From contig CAWCPV010000004.1 of the NCBI GenBank assembly GCA_963797555.1, forward strand, positions 512,001-576,000: DNA of 64,000 nt. Reading direction: 5' to 3'. Each line of letters opens with the position of its first letter. The stretch's first letter is position 1. A model generated the notes under the pieces. That model worked only from the letters and a program-made list of their open reading frames with translations. It had not been told where the DNA came from and did not search any database. A program made the position numbers and the translations under genes. This document shows, piece by piece, positions 8,707-19,058 of the stretch. The stretch is from an uncultured Gammaproteobacteria bacterium. GTDB taxonomy: Bacteria; Pseudomonadota; Gammaproteobacteria; CAWCPV01.

Positions 8707-11700
8707 TCAGGAGATGGGGGACGCGCACACCAGCCGAAAACCCAGACTGACGTCGCGGGCGCTCGGGGGGGTCGAGGCAGCGGCAAGCCGCGCGCGCGTA
8801 GGCCGGATTGACGTCCCAGGAGCCGCCGCGCACCACCCGAAGCACGCCTGACTCCGGCCCCCGGGGATTGTCCCGCGGGCTGCGGGCATAGTAGCCGGCG
8901 TCGTACCAATCCTCGACCCACTCCCAGACATTGCCCGCCATCTCATGGCAGCCGTACGGGCTGGCGCCGGCCGGATAGTGCCCGACGGGGGTCGTCCCGC
9001 GCCCGGAGACGTTGCACTTGTTGCCGTCCCAGCGCTCTCCCCAGGGGTAGCGGCGAGCGTCCGTGCCGCGGGCGGCCTTCTCCCACTGCGCCTCGGTGGG
9101 CAGCCGCTTGCCGCACCACTCGGCGTAGGCGCGGGCATCGTCCCAGGTCACGTTGACCACCGGGTGGCGCTCTTTGCCGGGCGCAAAGGCGCCGTGCCAG
9201 TCGCCCGCGGCCCGGTAGCCGGTCTCCTCGACGAAGCGGGCGTACTGGGCGTTGGCGACGGGGAACCGGTCAATCCAGTACTCGGCCAGGACGGCAGTGT
9301 GTTGTGGCCTCTCGTCGGCGGAGTCGCTGTCGCTGCCCATCCGGAACTCGCCCGCGGGCACGTGGACCAGGGGGTGGCCGAGCCTCTCCAAGAGGTCGAG
9401 GATGCGCGCGCGCAGGTGGGGGGCGGCGCGGGGCAGCTCGGCGTGCAGCAGGCGCAGGATGCGGCCCTGGTCGGCGAACAGCCTGGCTTCCGTGGCCTGG
9501 TCCGCCCCCTGGGTGAGGGCGAGCAACGCAGCAAGCGCCACTGCGGCCTCCACGCCCTCGCTCGAAACGGCATCGGCGAGGAACGCCTTCGCCCCCCAGC
9601 CAGAGAACGTCCGCCAGGGCGTCCGCCGCCGTCCTGGCGCCGGGCCGGTTCCTGCTGAACCAGGCCCTGCAGGTCGCCGACGATGGCCTCGGCGCTGCGG
9701 CGAAAGCTCGCGGTGTCCTGGGGGCGGGCGTCAGCGAGGCAGCCCGCGGCGAGCAGCAGATCCGTTTCGCGAAACCGTTCCAGGAGGAGTGTGGCATCGC
9801 CCTCCAGCCCGGCATAGAGCCGGATGACCTCCCGCCACCAGTCCTCCCCGGCATGGGCGAGCAGCGCCTCGGCGTCCCCGCGCTGGCGAAAGGCGCGTGC
9901 GGTGAAGAACTCCTGGAAGGTCAGGTGCACGAAGTCGTAGGAAATGCGAGATTTCTGGCGCAGCAGGCCGGTGTGGCGCATCAGCTCCTCGAGCAATTCG
10001 CCCGGGTCCGCCCCGCCGCAGCCGCAGGCGGGCAGGGCATCTTCGAGTGCTGCCAGCAGCCCGGCAAGCTCGAACACTCGCGTGCCCGCCTGGTGAAAGC
10101 GCGCGGCCACCTCGGTCAGGATCGCTTGCTGCTGCGCCGGGGAAAAGCGCGGCGCCCGCGTGACACCCCGCCGGCGGTCCCACTCGGCGGTGAGCAGCCC
10201 GACGCACTCCTCGTAGACCACCGCCCGGCGCTCCGGCAGGTCCCAGCGGTTCTCGTAGAGCAGCGTCATCAGGGACAGCAGCAGCGGGTTGCTCGCCAGG
10301 GCCCGCAGGCGCGGGCTGCGCCCGAGCGCCTGCAGCAGCCCCTCCACACGGCGCTCGCGCGCCTGCGCATCCGGCGTGTCTGCAAACCAGCCGTGCACGA
10401 AGGCCGCGATCTGCGCCTCCTTGAGCGCCTCCACCTCGAGCTGGCGATACCCGGTGAGGGTCCCCGGAAAACCCGCGATGCGCGAGGTCACCAGGATCTG
10501 ATTGCCCTCGCCGTGGCCGGTGCGCAGGCGGTTGACTTCCGCCACCACGCGCTGGCGCGCCGTCGGGTCCACCACCTCGTCGAGCGCGTCCAGCAGCAGC
10601 ATGCACTCGCCCCGCGCGAGCCTGCGGGCGAGGAAGCGCTCCCCGTGGGCGAACCGTGCACCTGCCAGGGCCTCGGCGAAATGCGCCTCGATCGGCCGGG
10701 CGTCGTGCGCGAGGTGGTTCAGCGTGAGGTAGACGGGCAGCGGGTAGCGCGTGGCGCGCTGCAGCACCCGGCGCAGCAGCGCGAGCGGCGGGCGTATCCA
10801 GTAGGGATAGAGCCAGAGGGCGACGCCGAGGCCCATCAGCCCGACGGCGAGCGGCCCGACCAAACCGGGTGCCGAGACTGTGTAGGCGAGCCCGCCCAAC
10901 GCGAGGCCGATGCCGACCAGGGTCGACTTGCGGCTGAACTTCACGGCGATCAGTAACAGCGCGACGAGGAACAGGACCCACAGTCCCAGGGCCGTGAGCG
11001 GCATGGGCGAGCGGAAGACCTGGGCGAGCCAGACGACCAGGGCCGCCAGGCTCGTGAGAAAACCCGGCCAAAAAACGCTCGCCCCGGACAGGAAACGGAT
11101 CGCGGGCTCCAGGATCCGGGTGAGGCGCGCGGGCATCAGGGCGCGGGCGAAGGGGGCGAGGCGCGGGTCCCGGCGGGCGAGCTGCAGCACCAGGTACTTC
11201 AGCAGGGTGGTCTTGCCGGAGCCGGGGTCCCCTAGCACCACCAGGCGCCGGCCGAGCGCAAGCGCCTCGGCAACGTCCACCGTGCGCCCGGCGTCGGGCA
11301 CGGGCAGCTCGTCGGCAGGGCCGGTCGGGGCATCGGGCTGCAGCGCCGGGGGACTGTGCGCGCCCACCTTGAGGCTCACGTAGATATGCTCCAGGTCGAG
11401 TGGTGTCGCCCGGCCGAGAAAGCTGAACTCGCGGTGCTGGGCCTCCAGGGTGCGCAGGTAGCGTCGAGTGTTGCGCCGCGCGAAAAGGGTGGCCGCGAGC
11501 CATGCCTGCCACCGCTGCCAGAGTCCGGGCGCACCCGCCGGCGGCGCCAGCCGCAAGCGATCCCATTGTCCGACCGAGATACTCACCTGCCGGCCCAGCT
11601 CCGTGGCGCTGTCGAAGAACCCGACCATTTGCTCGCACCCGAGCTCGCGGCGCAAGGCGGCGATGCGCCCGCCCGCCTCGTCGTCCCCGGTGGCGTCCTT

Positions 11701-12036
11701 CCACTCCTCCAGCCACGGCGTGCCGTCCTTCAGCAGGAACAGGCGGCACGGCTTGCCGGTCTCGAGCGCCTTGCGGTACTCCAGCTCGGTGATGGACCTC
11801 TGCCCGGGGTTGCCGTGCTCGGGCGGGGGCACGTAGCCGTAACGCCAGGCGAACAGACCCAGGTACAGGTCACAACCGGCCACGTCGGCCAGGCATTTCA
11901 CGACCGGGCGCTGGTCCGTGGCGACGTAGTCCTCCATCGCGATGACGTCGTGCCCCATCTGCCGCAGGGTGCGGTAGACCGTCTCGCGGTAGTCCTTGAG
12001 GTCAGCGTAGGTGGAGGAGACGTAGATCCTTGCCAT
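8707..12036 (-). CDS. DGR target: DUF4062 + NACHT NTPase (with TM insert) + FGE-sulfatase/C-type-lectin domain; frameshifts near 9634, 9595 and 8762
   Basis: MARIYVSSTYADLKDYR (DUF4062); LGDPGSGKTT, LLLDALDE and FVHLTFQEFF (NACHT); GEFRMGS..RLPTEAQWEKAARG..MAGNVWEW..RGGSW (FGE). Split over ORFs 9148-12078 and 8672-9553. Confidence 0.85.
8712..8848 (-). repeat. DGR variable repeat (VR)
   Basis: 137 nt aligning to TR 8444-8579 with A-to-N changes only, plus one 1-nt insertion; encodes RVVRGGSW...LGFRLV of an FGE/CLec fold. Confidence 0.95.
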
Positions 12037-12124
12037 GGGCGCGTTTGTTACCGTCACCGCGACCGAGCGCGTCAGCATTCAACGCCGGATGCGGTGCGAC
12101 GCACCCGGCGCGACACCTTGCCGC

Positions 12125-12407
12125 CGCTCAAAGCCGTCAGGCCACCGCCACGCGGCGTGGAACACGTGCAGATCTGAACCCGGTCGTTTTTGATGCGATA
12201 GGGCAGGATATAGCAAGGCATAACGACCAGCTCTCGCGTGCCTTCGACGCGGCCCGGCCTTCCCATTTGGGGATGGTCGGCCAGACTCTCGGCCGCCTCC
12301 CGCATCTTCGGGATGGTTGCGTGAGCGGCCGCGGGGTTGTCTGCCGCAATGTACGAAGCGATGTGATCGAGGCTCCGCTCCGCGCGCCGCAGCCATCTTA
12401 CCCTCAT
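12125..12407 (-). pseudogene. RelE/ParE toxin, frameshifted near 3' end
   Basis: MRVRWLRRAERSLDHIASYIAADNPAAA..HPQMGRPGRVEGTRELV; C-terminal VFHAAWRWP lies in another frame. Confidence 0.75.
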
Positions 12408-12649
12408 TGTCCAGGTAGGTACTTGTTGTTGAGGGCCTCGACCTCCTCCTGGCTCGCGAAATCTTCAGCGTCAGCTTCGGGATTGGCCGTCTTGGTCTGC
12501 TCTACCTGCCACCGCTGCACTTCGAGGAACATATCGATCGCTTGCACCACCACCCAATCGCGCGATCGGCGGAAGCGACGCGCGAGCTGATCGATCTGCT
12601 CTTGCTTCTCTCGGTCGATACGAACAGTAAAGGCTGTCTCCTGGGTCAT
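12404..12649 (-). CDS. RHH antitoxin
   Basis: AFTVRIDREKQEQIDQLARRFRRSRDWVVVQAID; paralog of 5229-5507. Confidence 0.75.
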   Translation of the reverse strand: MTQETAFTVRIDREKQEQIDQLARRFRRSRDWVVVQAIDMFLEVQRWQVEQTKTANPEADAEDFASQEEVEALNNKYLPGQ

Positions 12650-13050
12650 ATGAGTAAGCACCGCTGCAATGGTGGTTCAATACGAACCATAGGGCTTGGA
12701 TCTTCGATGGTCAATCCCTGGAGGTGTCGGCCATGCTGCAGGTCTTCGCTGTCGAGCCGGGCACATCCGGCGTCGAGGGCGGCGGCGATGATCGGGGCGT
12801 CGTAGAAGCCGTAGCGGTAGCGCGCCTGGATATCGAGGGAGCGGTGAAGTTCTTGCAGCGCTTCCACCTCAACGCAGGACGCTGCGCGATACTGAGTCAG
12901 CCCCCTGCCAAGTGCTGCACCTCGTAGGATTTCCGCATCAACAGTCTCGGGAACGCTGATCGCTTTGAACAGGGGGCGCAGAACGTCCAGCCGGTCAATG
13001 AGGGCGAGAGAGGCAAGCGGGCCGGTGTTCGAGATCAACAGGTCTCTCAC
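12646..13050 (-). pseudogene. Chimeric PIN toxin: DUF3368-type N-terminus joined to a VapC C-terminus
   Basis: LISNTGPL..LALIDRLD.L..LF..I.VP..V (DUF3368) followed by LDIQARYRYGFYDA..IAAALDAGC..SEDLQHG, nearly identical to 15413-15580. Confidence 0.65.
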
Positions 13051-13303
13051 GGGGTGCGCCCTTCGAACTCGGCCTCTAGCTCGTCCTCGTCCCAGGCCAC
13101 AGTCGCTACACCGTACCGCCTGCAGCTCAGCAGGAACTCCACGCGCGGGATACTACGAGCCTGGCCGCCTGGACGGAGGTCAAGCCGCCTATCTCGTAGA
13201 GCTTCACCGCCACGGCCATCCGGGCCTCTTCCTCGGAAGACTCGGGGCTCATGTTGAGGCTGGCCAAGACCGATTCCGGGTACTCGATGGTCAGTCTCTC
13301 CAT
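13047..13303 (-). pseudogene. UPF0175 family antitoxin, frameshifted
   Basis: MERLTIEYPESVLASLNMSPE..ARMAVAVKLYEIG / ..IPRVEFLLSCRRYGV..WDEDELEAE. Confidence 0.65.
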
Positions 13304-13413
13304 GTCGCTATCCTCCTATGGCACCCGTCTCATACCTCTCATAAAGAATCGGACATAGAATCTCCACGGAATAAGTCAACATCATCGCAGCGCTATGGTC
13401 CTCGCCATTTCCT

Positions 13414-14328
13414 CTATGACTTTGATGTGGTTTCCCGCTGCCTTCGCTTCAGGAAGTCCTGCATGTCCTCCGCGTTGTCCCAATCGATTCTTCCGGTATT
13501 GAGGAGAAAGCGAACCAACCGTTTGAAGCTGACCAGATCGGAACTCTTGCCGCGCTCACGCTGGTATCTTTGCAGGTCGTCAACATCAAGATCTAACAGC
13601 GATCGAGGCGGATCGGACGCCGACAAATAAGCGTCGGTGAAAGTCGTAATCGTGCTGGCGTGTTGCTCGGTCATCTTCAAGCTTAATCCGGAAGCAGCGA
13701 GGTCTTTGCGGAAAGCTTCCAGCACTTTTCGATTGCTGGTGTGGATGGCTTGCCGGATATCCTCCACGCTGCGCGGATCCAGCGAAATAATCACCTCGCC
13801 GCGTTCCTGAATCTGGCGGTAACCGTCGTTCAAGTTGCGCCGGATCCCGCTGCCGAATGTCACCGGGTATGGGACCAATAGGCTATCGTAAATGATCTTG
13901 CCTTCGAAGGGGAGTAAGACGGCCTGCACCAGCACCGGCAGTGCCGGGGAGGGGGTAATCTCCTGGATAGAGCTTGCCAAGCCCAGCACCCCATAGGCCT
14001 TGGGTGGGCGCTCTTGAGCGAGGAAGATGGAGTATTTCTTGAGATGCCGAAGGATGAAAAACTGTCCTGTCACGCGATCACGCCAGCTCGCCGCCAGCGC
14101 TAAGTCCGCTGCCGGCAGGCCGGCCGGGTTGTCCGCAATAAAGGCCTCGCGCAGCTCATCCGAGGCCCATAGCACTTGGCGGATTCGATGGGCATCTTCG
14201 CTTTTGAGCCTCATCTCTCCAGGTACCGGCGGCAGATCGGGGACAATGCGGTGCTGTGCATTGACATAGCGCAGCAGCGCCCACCAGATGCGGTAGAAAC
14301 GCTCAGTGTCTTGGGCGGACAATTTCAT
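13414..14328 (-). CDS. Hypothetical protein (about 304 aa)
   Basis: ATG at 14328 ([16 protein letters not shown]); plausible globular sequence with lower GC. The upstream in-frame extension is uvrA debris. Confidence 0.65.
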   Translation of the reverse strand: MKLSAQDTERFYRIWWALLRYVNAQHRIVPDLPPVPGEMRLKSEDAHRIRQVLWASDELREAFIADNPAGLPAADLALAASWRDRVTGQFFILRHLKKYSIFLAQERPPKAYGVLGLASSIQEITPSPALPVLVQAVLLPFEGKIIYDSLLVPYPVTFGSGIRRNLNDGYRQIQERGEVIISLDPRSVEDIRQAIHTSNRKVLEAFRKDLAASGLSLKMTEQHASTITTFTDAYLSASDPPRSLLDLDVDDLQRYQRERGKSSDLVSFKRLVRFLLNTGRIDWDNAEDMQDFLKRRQRETTSKS

Positions 14329-14343
14329 GTATTTGATCCTTGG

Positions 14344-14719
14344 CGAGGCGGGCCCGGATTTCCCCGAGCAGCAGCTCGGTGGCCTGGTCGAGGGGGGCGG
14401 GCAGGTGCAGGCTTGCGAAGAATTCGCCGCAACGCGCGATGGGCAGGCACGCCAGCTCGTGCACGGTGAGGCCGGGCAGAGAGGCGCAAACCTCCGGCGG
14501 GACCTCCATCCCGAGGGGCCGGCACCGCTCCGCGCCGGGCAGGACGCGGTCGGCGTCCTCACGGGTGCCGAGCCTCCACAGCAGGGCCTCGGGTTTGAGG
14601 CGCGCTCCCCGGCAGGCCGGGTAAAGCTCGTAGGCGCGGTACTTGGAGAGCAGCACCCGGATGTGCATCTTGTAGCTCTTGGTCTCCAGCCACTGGAAGA
14701 AGCGTTTGACCCCGTACCA
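14344..14719 (-). pseudogene. uvrA: Diverged internal uvrA fragment
   Basis: Colinear with 3568-3943 ([30 protein letters not shown]...[15 protein letters not shown]) with scattered substitutions. Confidence 0.85.
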
Positions 14720-15412
14720 CCCGCATCTTGCCCTGCTCGCAGCCAGCGGAGCCTTGCGCCGACCGGGCGAGGCCGCATGGACCGCACCCATCACCGCCAC
14801 GGCCAGACACCGAAACGGCTTTTTCTCTATCCACTAGACAAGCGCGCCCGCGAGAAACTGGCAAAGCCGTCACCACAGGGCACACGCATGGTCGACTTAG
14901 CCGGCTACTCGGAGGGTTCGCTTAAGTAAGCGCCATTCGTGTCCGACCCCATGGAGCGGGAGGGTCAAGTCTTGCAATCGAGCACATGGGTCCCATACCG
15001 GACAATAAGGGACGGACCTGGACATACCACGATTACCTCTGAGTGGCTTCGCTGGGCGGTTTCAGGGGGGCGGCGGTCCTTTAGCACGACCGGGCGCCGC
15101 CGGCTGCGATCGGTCATTTTCAGGCAGGGCCGTGTATTCCATCCTCGAGGACGAAGGTGGACTGCTGAGATGACAGTGTCCAGCCATGGGGTCTACCATC
15201 GGATTTATGCAGCCCGCACAGAAGCGCATGGGAGGGACGAGGTGCGGCGCGTCATAGGGCGGTCCTGGCTGCGCCCATCGCGGGCCGCTCGATCCCGATG
15301 CGGCCCATAACTTGCCGGCACTGTTGGCGGCGGGCTCGATACGCGCTCACGGCCCCAGCGTTCGTGCCTGTCGTCGGCAACCCCAAACCGCAAATACCTC
15401 ATCGAGAAGTCG

Positions 15413-15835
15413 TCACTCTTCGAACGGATTTTCGATGGTCAGTCCCTCGATGCGTTGACCATGCTGCAGCTCTTCGCTGTAGAGCCAGGTGCATCCGGCA
15501 TTGAGGGCGGCGGCGATGATCAGGGCGTCGTAGAAACCGTAGCGGTAGCGCGCCTGGATATCGAGGGCGCGGTGATAAAGCCCCTGGCTGGGCCATGATG
15601 CGCCACAACGGCACGAGCACTTGGTCCATGAAACGCCGCGCGTCTTCCGGGGTTGCCGGCGTTTCGAGCTTGCGGGTGATGACATGAGGGTTTCCTGAAT
15701 CACCTGGAAGCTGATACCGGCTGTACCGGTTTCCAGCGCCGAGTAGATCAGTTGTTCTGAGGTCTGGCGTTTGCGGGGGTCGGTCTCGTCGAACAGGTAG
15801 AGGAAGACGTTGGAGTCGATGAACTCACCGCTCAT
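15413..15835 (-). pseudogene. VapC/PIN toxin with internal frameshift
   Basis: FIDSNVFLY..ISFQVIQE..FYDALIIAAAL..LYSEELQHG. Confidence 0.8.
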
Positions 15836-16049
15836 TCATCTCGTCCCGAGTAAACTTGCGCCCACCCGTGCGTACATAGTCCCGCAGGCGCTCCACCACG
15901 GCCATCGCCTCATCGGCCCGCTGCTTGCGCTGGCCGTAATCGGCGAGCCAGCGCCGGAACTGCTCGTTGAGCGTGGTATGCTCGGCGCGCGCGCGCTTGC
16001 GGGCCGCCTCGATGAGCTTCTCGTCGGCGCTCAGCGTGATGTTTTTCAT
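15825..16049 (-). CDS. Antitoxin partner of PIN toxin
   Basis: MKNITLSADEKLIEAARKRA...GRKFTRDEMNER; overlaps the PIN gene start. Confidence 0.8.
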   Translation of the reverse strand: MKNITLSADEKLIEAARKRARAEHTTLNEQFRRWLADYGQRKQRADEAMAVVERLRDYVRTGGRKFTRDEMNER

Positions 16050-16325
16050 GGCTCGGACCTCTCGGTGAATTCGAACACGAGCGCAGTGTACACGATTGCC
16101 GCGTGCACTCAGCGCGGGGTGCCTCGTTCTCGACCCAGGCGGCGATCATGGGGTGCGACTCAGCCTCGATCCGATGGTTTTCGGGGTACCAGCGCAAGGT
16201 CAGCCGCTCCGGTCGTAGTCAATTTGATCCGCTGCGGGTTACGCTGCCGGTTCCTGGGTTTCAGTTCCTCGGGGTACGGCGAGCGTAATGGAGATCGCGG
16301 ACTTGTGCCCAAAGCTTGCGGCTGA

Positions 16326-16772
16326 TCACTGCCGCTCGAACGACTCTCGCGGCAGGCTGGAATGCCGGATAACGGACTGCAACGTGCCGACGCGGATCTC
16401 GTCATGCAACGGTACCGGGACGGTGACAGTGGTTCCCCCGATGCGTTTCCACATGACGGCGCGACTTCCGCGCTGTCGAACCTGCTCGAATCCGTGCTCG
16501 GCCAGCAAGGGGCAAAGCTCCCGGCCTGAGAATATCCGGAGCCTAACCAATATAGTAACCTCGACGCGGGTCACGAATACTTCTTCGTGCAGCCTCCCCT
16601 CTACCTCGGACGGGTCGGCCGTCTCGAAGAAAAGCTCGATCGCCTCTGCAAGATTGCGGCGCGCCTCCTCGATGGTGGTGCCCTGACTAGCGACGTCGAT
16701 CTCGGGGCAGAGCGCGGCGTAACCGTCGCCTTCTCGCTCGATGATGGCCGTGAGTTGCCGTTTCAGAGCCAT
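16326..16772 (-). CDS. HicB-HicA in-frame fusion
   Basis: TAIIEREGDGYAALCPEIDVASQGTTIEEARRNLAEA (HicB) runs into LRIFSGRELC..HGFEQVRQRGS..VPVPLHDEIRVGTL (HicA). Confidence 0.75.
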   Translation of the reverse strand: MALKRQLTAIIEREGDGYAALCPEIDVASQGTTIEEARRNLAEAIELFFETADPSEVEGRLHEEVFVTRVEVTILVRLRIFSGRELCPLLAEHGFEQVRQRGSRAVMWKRIGGTTVTVPVPLHDEIRVGTLQSVIRHSSLPRESFERQ

Positions 16773-17109
16773 GGCGAACACCTCTCATTTCGGGTTGGCT
16801 CAGTGTAGCAGCCCGCAGAGGACGGAACTATGGATGGGTTCCGCCGCTCCGGGGCAAGCCGAGATGCAAGCCGCCCCGCGGGCATCCGGGCCGCGACGCA
16901 TCGCACGCGATCGAGCGGACCTCCTGCCTGGCCACTCGGTGCTTTGGAGTGGTAAACGCGAACTACTGGGGTCTGTAGGGAGGGTCGAGGCGCAGATGCA
17001 CGCCGGTTGTAGCGGTTAGCTTGCCTCACCAGCGCGACGTCGCCCGCGAGTATGGGTCGCGGTCGGCGGTCTCCGGGTAGCGCCAACTCCAGAACGTTTG
17101 GATCGTCCG

Positions 17110-17304
17110 TCATGCGCTGTGCTCTTGCCCGTCCGGAATCGCCTCCGGGCTCAGCCAGACGACCTTGCCGTCGCGCCACACCGCCACCGCGTTTCCGGCC
17201 TTCTTGTGCCGGGCCAGCGCCTCCCGCACGGCGGCGCGCAAGGCGCTCTCCACCTTGGCCGTGTCCGATAATAGCTGTTCCAGGTCCTGGGGCTGCTGTC
17301 TCAT
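17110..17304 (-). CDS. Small hypothetical protein of a type often found next to TA toxins
   Basis: ALRAAVREALARHKKAGNAVAVWRDGKVVWLSPEAIP. Confidence 0.55.
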   Translation of the reverse strand: MRQQPQDLEQLLSDTAKVESALRAAVREALARHKKAGNAVAVWRDGKVVWLSPEAIPDGQEHSA

Positions 17305-17844
17305 CGGAAGTCCTCCAGCAAGTTTGACCATGTCGCGCTGTCGCTGACATCATGCCGTGTGCACTGAGCGCAGGCTGCCTGCGGGCGCCTCCTCGCGCAA
17401 GCCCAGCCATGCTTCGCTCCCCTGGTAGCTCGCGAGGCCGGGTCGGGAGCAAGGATACTGTCACCGGAATTCCGCCGAGTGCTACGTCAGCTCAACGCGG
17501 TTGTCGGGGACACTCGTCAGGCAGCTACTTTCGCCTGCGCCAGTAGCTGGGGCGACGGCTGTGGTGGGCTACGGCCAGGATCCGGATCTCTTCTCCGGAA
17601 ACGCTGTGGATGAGCGCATATGGAAACAGCTTCATGACGCAACGGCGAATATCGCGCCGCCGCCAAAGCGTTCCCAGCCGCGGATGTCGCAGTAGGACAG
17701 CGACGGAACGTTCGAACTCGCCCAGCAGGGGCTGGGAAAGAGCGATGCCTGCGCGCTCTCGATAGAACTCGGCTGCGTCCGAAGGCATCCCATTACACAC
17801 AACTCAAAGGGCTTGGGCCTCACGGGCGTAGTGGAGTCCAAACG

Positions 17845-18000
17845 GTATCACGTGCTGATCTGGTCTGGTACGAAGCGCATGAGCGCATGGAGAATGCCAT
17901 CTTGCGCGAGAAACAACTGAAGAAATGGTCCCGCGCCGCCAAAATCCGGCTGATCGAACAGGGCAACCCCGGCTGGAGCGATTTGTGGCCCGGGCTGGTA
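17845..18000 (+). pseudogene. GIY-YIG nuclease (UPF0213-like) C-terminal fragment
   Basis: LVWYEAHERMENAILREKQLKKWSRAAKIRLIEQGNPGWSDLWP. Confidence 0.75.
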
Positions 18001-18009
18001 TCCCCACCC

Positions 18010-18282
18010 CTGGATTCTGGATTCCGGCATTCTCCATGGGAAAAGACGGGGCCGGAATGATGACTCGCGCAAGCATCCTTGCTCGGGGGGGCGAGTCCGG
18101 GTGAGGGTCCAGGCGCGTAGTCCGGACCGCACTTCCAGCGACTCGCATGGGATGGGTTAGCCGCATACCGTTCCACGCACTCGTCATTCCGGCAGGGAGT
18201 GCCGGAATCCAGTGGCCAGGGATGGTCATCCGGATCACTTCCCTGTGTCCTGGATTCCGCCATTCCCTGGCGCAATGACGGT
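18010..18282. repeat. REP-like GTCATTCCGGC/CTGGATTCCGGC palindromes
   Basis: CTGGATTCCGGC..GCCGGAATGA; CGTCATTCCGGC..GCCGGAATCCAG; CTGGATTCCGCC..GCAATGACG. Confidence 0.7.
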
Positions 18283-18350
18283 GACACGTCGTTTTGTGTG
18301 TAACGACATGGTCCGAAGGGCCCTCTCAGGCTCGGGGTGCAGCGAATATC

Positions 18351-18565
18351 TCATCGAAAGTCGGCTTTAAGCTTTTCCAAGGTCTCTGGACCCGGGAGCA
18401 GCGAAACGGCTCCGCTTTCAATCTGGGCATGGCGGCGCTCGACTTCTGCGGCTCATGCCTCTTCGGTTTCGGGGTCGACATCGAGGCTGGCAATCAGCCT
18501 CTCGACCAGTCGCGCTCGTTCGGCTGCCGGCAACCGCAACGCCTCGGCTTCCAGCGTTTCTAGCC
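18351..18565 (-). pseudogene. Addiction-module antitoxin (TIGR02574-like) with internal stop
   Basis: EALRLPAAERARLVERLIASLD..EEA*AAEVERRH. Confidence 0.7.
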
Positions 18566-18620
18566 AACCAAGGGAGACCCCCCGGCTTTGCCGGGGTGGC
18601 AGTAGGAGTTACTCCACCCG

Positions 18621-19055
18621 CTACGTGTTGATACCACGGGTGACAGGCAGCTTGAGGATCTTGCCCGCGTCGAGGAACCCACCGTCGAGCGTCAGAATCT
18701 TCTTGGCACCGTGGTTCGCGGCGACGGCCAAATGCAGCGCGTCACCGCCGCGAAGCCCCGTCGAAAAGTGCTCGATGTAGTCTCTGGCCAAACTGAAATC
18801 CCCCACCGTCGGCAGCAGCACGCTCAAGGACTCGTTGATCAGACGATCGAACTCGCGAAGCACGGTGCGGGCATCGGCGTCCGCCAGGTTCTTCAGGCGA
18901 ACCTCCCGGGCAATGACGCTGGCAAATTCCAACACCGTCCAGTGGCTGATATACGAACTACCCGCCGGCAAGTTGCCGACAAACGCCTCGACCGCTGCGC
19001 TGGTGGCTTCGTTGAGTAGCAGCGGAGCGATGAAGCTGGTGTCGAGGTAATACAC
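18621..19055 (-). CDS. VapC/PIN toxin
   Basis: YLDTSFI..ISHWTVLEF..LRGGDALHLA..LTLD. Confidence 0.9.
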   Translation of the reverse strand: MYYLDTSFIAPLLLNEATSAAVEAFVGNLPAGSSYISHWTVLEFASVIAREVRLKNLADADARTVLREFDRLINESLSVLLPTVGDFSLARDYIEHFSTGLRGGDALHLAVAANHGAKKILTLDGGFLDAGKILKLPVTRGINT

Positions 19056-19058
19056 CGG

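Larger units (their letters stand above)
17786..18310 (-). mobile_element. Non-autonomous IS4 (IS50-like) shell carrying a GIY-YIG fragment and REP-like repeats
   Basis: Ends CATCCCATTACACACAA / TTGTGTGTAACGACATG; 9-bp target duplication GTCCGAAGG (17777-17785, 18311-18319); transposase tail (LHYAREAQAL) matches the element at 57149-57852. Confidence 0.85.
17525..18354 (-). pseudogene. RelE/ParE toxin interrupted by IS4-type element
   Basis: MRYSLHPE (18354) on one side of the insertion and AAEFYRER..RRCVMKLFPY..ILAVAHHSRRPSYW on the other. Confidence 0.75.

Noticed and set aside
13414-14787. 457-aa UvrA-fusion protein
   Set aside because: The uvrA fragment is in a different frame; the real gene most likely starts at 14328.
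18570-18620. IS200/IS605 element
   Set aside because: Only an end-like hairpin (CCCCGGCTTTGCCGGGG); no tnpA or tnpB.
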